A DNA stretch of 64,000 nucleotides, taken from contig JBGVRO010000062.1 of assembly GCA_045128515.1 (NCBI GenBank), forward strand, positions 4,776 through 68,775, written 5' to 3'. Shown piece by piece: positions 59,806 to 64,000 of the stretch. The notes below the pieces were generated by a model. That model ran no database searches and was not told the DNA's origin. It was given only the letters and a program-made list of their open reading frames with translations. Each line of letters starts with the position of its first letter. The first letter of the stretch is position 1. A program made the translations under genes and the position numbers. The DNA comes from Eubacteriales bacterium. Its GTDB lineage: Bacteria > Bacillota > Clostridia > Oscillospirales > CAG-272.

Positions 59806-61278
59806 ATGAAAAGAATCATCGCAACTCTCCTCCTCTGTGTTGTCCTTGTTACCGGCATGCTTACATCTCTTACGAGCTGTAATATCATCGGTGGCAATCA
59901 GGGAAACAACGGCGGCAACAACACTGCTTTTGAGATTCCCGAGGGCGGCTTCGACACCGAGAAACCTGTAACCATCAAGTTCTATCACTCGATGGGTGCA
60001 AACCTTCAGGAAGTTCTCAATGATGCTATCAAGGAGTTCAACAAGCTCTACCCCAACATCACCATTGAGCACGAGTCCTACGGCGATTACAACGGCGTTC
60101 GTGACCAGATCAAGACCGAGATCGCAGTTGGCGGTCAGCCCCACATTGCATACTGCTATCCTGACCACATCGCTCTCTACAACGAGGCAGGCGCAGTTCA
60201 GACTCTTGACGATCTTATCGCAAGCACCATCGAGATCACCCGTGCAGACGGTTCTACCGAGATCCTTGGTTACACTCAGGATCAGCTTAACGACTTTATC
60301 CAGGGATACTACAACGAGGGTAAGGCTTTCGGTGACAACCTGATGTACTCTCTCCCCATCTCCAAGTCTACCGAGGTTCTTTATTACAATAAGACCTTCT
60401 TCGAGGCAAACAAGCTTAAGGTTCCCACCACTTGGGAAGAAATGGCAGAGGTTTGTGAGCAGATCAAGACAATTGATCCCAAGTGCATTCCTCTCGGCTA
60501 CGACTCCGAGTCCAACTGGTTCATCACCATGTGCGAGCAGTACGGTTCTCCCTACACCTCCGCAACCGGTGACAACTTCCTCTTCGACAACTATACCAAC
60601 CGTAACTTCGTAAAGATGTTCAGAGAGTGGTATCAGAAGAAGTGGGTTACCACCGAGGCTCTTTCCGGCGGTTACACCTCCGCACTCTTCACCGGTGAGT
60701 CCAGCTCCTCCGCAAACAGCACCGTTGAGGCAGGTACTCGTTGCTACATGTGTATCGGTTCTACCGGTGGTGCTACCTACCAGCAGCCCACCAGCACAAA
60801 CGGTGTTTACGAGTTCGAGGTTGGTATCACCTCTATTCCTCAGGTAAATCCCGAGCAGCCCAAGGTTATTTCTCAGGGTCCCTCTGTTACTATCTTCAAG
60901 AAGAGCAATCCTCAGGAAGTTGTTGCTACCTGGCTCTTCGCTAAGTACCTTACCACCAACGTTGATTTCCAGGCTCGTATGTCCATGACTAACGGTTACG
61001 CTCCCGTAATTAAGTCTGTTACCGAGAACGAGATCTACGCTAACTTCCTTGCATCCGCTTCCACCGAGAACATCCAGGCTTATGCTGTTAAGGTTGCTCT
61101 TGAGCAGGAAAAGGCATACTACGTATCTCCCGCATTCAACGGTTCCTCCGTTGCTCGTGACGAGGTTGGTCTTCTTATCCAGAAGTGCTTCACTCTTGAG
61201 GCTGCAGACATCGACGCTGCTATCAAGAAGGCGTTCGAGGAGAGCGTAGCTGAGTGTAAGTATCAGTCCGGTCAGTAA
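59806..61278 (+). CDS. sugar ABC substrate-binding lipoprotein
   Basis: Lipobox LTSLTSC and a family-1 SBP pattern. ATG at 59806. Confidence 0.8.
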   Translation: MKRIIATLLLCVVLVTGMLTSLTSCNIIGGNQGNNGGNNTAFEIPEGGFDTEKPVTIKFYHSMGANLQEVLNDAIKEFNKLYPNITIEHESYGDYNGVRDQIKTEIAVGGQPHIAYCYPDHIALYNEAGAVQTLDDLIASTIEITRADGSTEILGYTQDQLNDFIQGYYNEGKAFGDNLMYSLPISKSTEVLYYNKTFFEANKLKVPTTWEEMAEVCEQIKTIDPKCIPLGYDSESNWFITMCEQYGSPYTSATGDNFLFDNYTNRNFVKMFREWYQKKWVTTEALSGGYTSALFTGESSSSANSTVEAGTRCYMCIGSTGGATYQQPTSTNGVYEFEVGITSIPQVNPEQPKVISQGPSVTIFKKSNPQEVVATWLFAKYLTTNVDFQARMSMTNGYAPVIKSVTENEIYANFLASASTENIQAYAVKVALEQEKAYYVSPAFNGSSVARDEVGLLIQKCFTLEAADIDAAIKKAFEESVAECKYQSGQ

Positions 61279-61317
61279 TTTTTATCTATTCTACAATAAT
61301 TATAAGAAAGTGAAGCT

Positions 61318-62691
61318 ATGAAGAACATTTTTTCTAGATTGATTTCACTGCTTCTCCTTCTTTGCATCGTAATTGGTTGCGTTTCCTCCTGCGATCTCAT
61401 CCCAAAGCCCGACGACGGCAACGATGAGCAGCAGGGTGGAAACGAAACTACTCACGTAGACTACGTCAGCCAGGTTAAGCTTGACCTTGACTCGCCTACT
61501 ATGAAGCAGGAAGTTACCATGAAGATGCATATCGACGGAGACACAACCCACCTTAAGGTTCCTTACACCGTTGACACAAACGGATATATTAAGGCAAGAT
61601 ATCTTGCGGTTAATACTCCCGAGTCCACAGGTAAGATCGAGGAGTGGGGCAAGGCAGCTTCCAGATTTACTGAAGAAAAGCTGACCAATGCACACAAGAT
61701 CATCGTTGAGAGTGACAGCGAGAGTTGGAACTTCGACGGTAACGGCAGATACCTTGTTTGGGTATGGTATCAGCCCAGCGAGGGTGCGGAGTTCCGTAAC
61801 CTCAACATTGAGCTTCTCCAGGAAGGTCTTGCAGTTGGTTCTAAGGCGAGCAGCACCCGTTACGGTGACATCGCTGTAAAGGCAATTGCTCAGGCAACCA
61901 GCGAAAAGCTTTACATCTTCTCTAACAAGACTGACCCCGACTTCCCCTATGGTGCAGCGCAGAGCGTAACTCTTAAGGAGCTTCGCACCAACACTGCAGA
62001 ATACTCGGGTCAGAAGGTTTCTGTTGAGGGTGTTGTAACCTACAACAGCAACTACACCGTTTACATCGAAGCATACGATGCAGAGAGCGATCTCTACTAC
62101 GGTATGCAGGTATTCTACGGCTACAACTCCTCTCTCCACTCAGTGCTTGCACAGGGTAACAGAGTTCGTGTTGTTGGCGTAGTAAGCGATTTCCACGGCA
62201 CATGGCAGATTTCCGGCTTGGAATACAACCCCATGAAGCCTAACGATCCCGCAAATACCGCAAAGCTTGAGGGTGGCGTTGGCGTCTCCTTCAACGAGAT
62301 CACCATGGACAAGTTCTACAGCGACGTAACTGTTTCTATGGGCGAAAACGAGAATGGCGAGATTGAGGAGCAGACCTTCAAGTTCACCAGACTCTGTGTT
62401 TCTACCGCAGTTGCAATGAAGAATCTTCAGGTTATTGACGTTTACACCACCAAGAACGGTGACAGCGCAGGCGCAATGACCCTTACCTGTAAGGTCGAAG
62501 GTTCCAGCAAAACTATTGACATCAGAACCGAGGTTCTGAAAAATGCCGAAGGTAAGCTTATTACCGAAGAGTACTTTATGTACAAAACCATTGACGTTCA
62601 GGGTCTTATCGACTACTTCGATCTCAATGACACCGGTAACGGTACTTATCAGATCAAGGTTTATACCTTGAATGACGTAACTGTTCACTAA
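61318..62691 (+). CDS. staphylococcal-nuclease (SNase)-like lipoprotein with C-terminal OB-fold-like region
   Basis: Lipobox VIGCVSSC. SNase motifs HIDGDTTHL ... ARYLAVNTPES ... FDGNGRYLVWVW ... NIELLQEGLA. Confidence 0.7.
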   Translation: MKNIFSRLISLLLLLCIVIGCVSSCDLIPKPDDGNDEQQGGNETTHVDYVSQVKLDLDSPTMKQEVTMKMHIDGDTTHLKVPYTVDTNGYIKARYLAVNTPESTGKIEEWGKAASRFTEEKLTNAHKIIVESDSESWNFDGNGRYLVWVWYQPSEGAEFRNLNIELLQEGLAVGSKASSTRYGDIAVKAIAQATSEKLYIFSNKTDPDFPYGAAQSVTLKELRTNTAEYSGQKVSVEGVVTYNSNYTVYIEAYDAESDLYYGMQVFYGYNSSLHSVLAQGNRVRVVGVVSDFHGTWQISGLEYNPMKPNDPANTAKLEGGVGVSFNEITMDKFYSDVTVSMGENENGEIEEQTFKFTRLCVSTAVAMKNLQVIDVYTTKNGDSAGAMTLTCKVEGSSKTIDIRTEVLKNAEGKLITEEYFMYKTIDVQGLIDYFDLNDTGNGTYQIKVYTLNDVTVH

Positions 62692-62750
62692 TTATTCACC
62701 TTATTCACCATTAATTTGATCTTCAAAAATTTTAATATAAGGAGAAAAAA

Positions 62751-64000
62751 ATGAAAAAGATTATTTCTTTAATCCTCATCGCCATTCTCTGCCTTGGTGT
62801 TCTCACCAGCTGCGCACAGCTTGGCGGCGTCGTTGACAGCATCAAGGACAAGCTTGGTATGGGCGGCGAACAGCCTGCAGAAGGCCCCTCTCTTGATGAT
62901 GCAGCTTCTTTCCTTCACAAGATCTACAAGGATAAGAAGGAAACTACAAGAACTGACTTCGACGTTGTTGCAGTTGTTGCAATTGACGGCGTTAAGTTCC
63001 CTGTAGCTTGGACCTCTGACAACGATAAGGTTGTTATCAGAGAGAGCACCAAGACCGGTTACTACACCGTTGATCTCCCCGACGTAAACAATGAGGAGTT
63101 CAGCTACACTCTTACCGCTACCATTTCTAATGCAGACGGCGAGACTGCAAGCAAGTCTTACACCTTTAAGGTTCCCGTAATCGACAACTCCGGTATCACC
63201 TCTACTCCCGTTGAAGGCGTAGCTTACAAGCTCTTCCTCCTTCAGGGCAACGAGAACAGAAGATACTACGCGCTCAACAATACTCAGAATAACGAAAACA
63301 AGTTCATCAACACCACCCTTAATCCTAAGGATGGCGCTGAGTTCTTCGTAGAAAAGGTTGACGGCGGCTACAAGGTTTACACCGAAGTAAACGGCGTTAA
63401 GAATTACATCTACGTAAACGTTACCAGAACCGAGTCTGAAGACGGTACTGTTAAGTACTCCAAGTTCATTGGCTTCTCCACCGAGGAAGGCACTGTTCTT
63501 ACTTACAGCGAAAAGATGGGCGGCACTTGGACCGCTACAATTCATGAAATGGTTTGGGGTATCGGTACTTACAACTCCTTCACCACCATCTCCGTATCTG
63601 AAGGCTCTTACTTCACTCCCGAAAAGGTTGGCTCCAGCCAGTTCGTAATGCAGTTCATCACTGCTGAATACGCAAACACTCTTGAGGAAGATAAGCTTCC
63701 CGATTCTCCCAGCGATGCTGAGGGTATTCTTAACCAGCTCTACGGTCTTGCAGACGGCGAGCAGGCAATAGGTTCCTTCACTCTTACCGGTAAGATCACC
63801 GCTCTTGATAACTACAACAACCCCACTATCGTTGTTGAAGGCTTCGAGAACATGCCCGTATACTGCTACAGACTTTCTGTAGAGAACAAGGTTGGCGACA
63901 CCATTACCGTTACCGCTACTACAATGAAGAACTACGGTGGTACATACGAGTTCATGAACTGTACTCTTGTTAGCGGTGGCAACCAGGGCGGCAACGAAGG
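62751..64000 (+). CDS. lipoprotein of unknown function, 3' end outside window (not in ORF track)
   Basis: RBS AAGGAGA, then ATG at 62751 and the lipobox LGVLTSC. By my reading the frame stays open to the window end, with host-like codon usage. Track ORFs 62769..63545(-) and 62794..63006(+) are shadows of it. Confidence 0.65.
   Translation, partial: MKKIISLILIAILCLGVLTSCAQLGGVVDSIKDKLGMGGEQPAEGPSLDDAASFLHKIYKDKKETTRTDFDVVAVVAIDGVKFPVAWTSDNDKVVIRESTKTGYYTVDLPDVNNEEFSYTLTATISNADGETASKSYTFKVPVIDNSGITSTPVEGVAYKLFLLQGNENRRYYALNNTQNNENKFINTTLNPKDGAEFFVEKVDGGYKVYTEVNGVKNYIYVNVTRTESEDGTVKYSKFIGFSTEEGTVLTYSEKMGGTWTATIHEMVWGIGTYNSFTTISVSEGSYFTPEKVGSSQFVMQFITAEYANTLEEDKLPDSPSDAEGILNQLYGLADGEQAIGSFTLTGKITALDNYNNPTIVVEGFENMPVYCYRLSVENKVGDTITVTATTMKNYGGTYEFMNCTLVSGGNQGGNE

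Overview
The 64-kb window looks like the chromosome of a strictly anaerobic Gram-positive (Clostridia-type) bacterium. It has AGGAGG-type RBSs, lipoprotein signal peptides, a class III ribonucleotide reductase and several sugar-uptake loci. All calls come from motif-level reading of the ORF track and the DNA; no database search was possible.

Layout:
- (i) 1-6.3 kb: 3' fragment of a sugar-binding protein, trxB, nrdD, an alpha/beta hydrolase and nrdG. nrdD carries a C-terminal CPKC thioredoxin-fold fusion and has tandem NrdR boxes upstream.
- (ii) 6.4-7.1 kb: decayed tRNA fragments, then an intact tRNA-Pro(CGG).
- (iii) 7.0-35.4 kb: a ~28.3-kb genomic island bounded by a perfect 49-bp direct repeat that starts in the tRNA-Pro anticodon loop.
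- (iv) 35.4-36.7 kb: older att remnants and hairpin-repeat debris.
- (v) 36.7-64 kb: core-like genes. These are two YbjN-like proteins with a SpoVK/CbxX-type AAA+ protein, a 740-aa membrane protein, flavin reductase, carboxylesterase, a GPH symporter, two sugar ABC systems, GH13, GH53, an RDD protein, an SNase-like lipoprotein and a further lipoprotein running off the window.

Island contents, left to right:
- an AbiH + predicted PD-(D/E)xK nuclease cassette with its own 35-bp direct repeats
- two translationally coupled tyrosine recombinases
- small regulators
- a UDG-superfamily protein plus a P-loop kinase
- a FecCD-type ABC importer
- a 738-aa HEPN-like/E2-like/JAB/E1 polyprotein
- an extended TerY-P module: FtsK-gamma wHTH protein, Ser/Thr kinase with Zn-ribbon and FHA-like tail, two vWA proteins and PP2C
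- a DEDD exonuclease plus a small MIT-like protein
- a three-gene operon of HExxH peptidase, MIT-AAA+ (Vps4/spastin-like) and HslV-like Ser1 Ntn-hydrolase
- a WYL-WCX protein with a partner
- a DUF4160/DUF2442 pair

The most unusual stretch is 19.8-33.5 kb. It juxtaposes ubiquitin-conjugation-like, phospho-signalling and proteasome-like modules, and I can recognise no ubiquitin-like protein or CD-NTase there.
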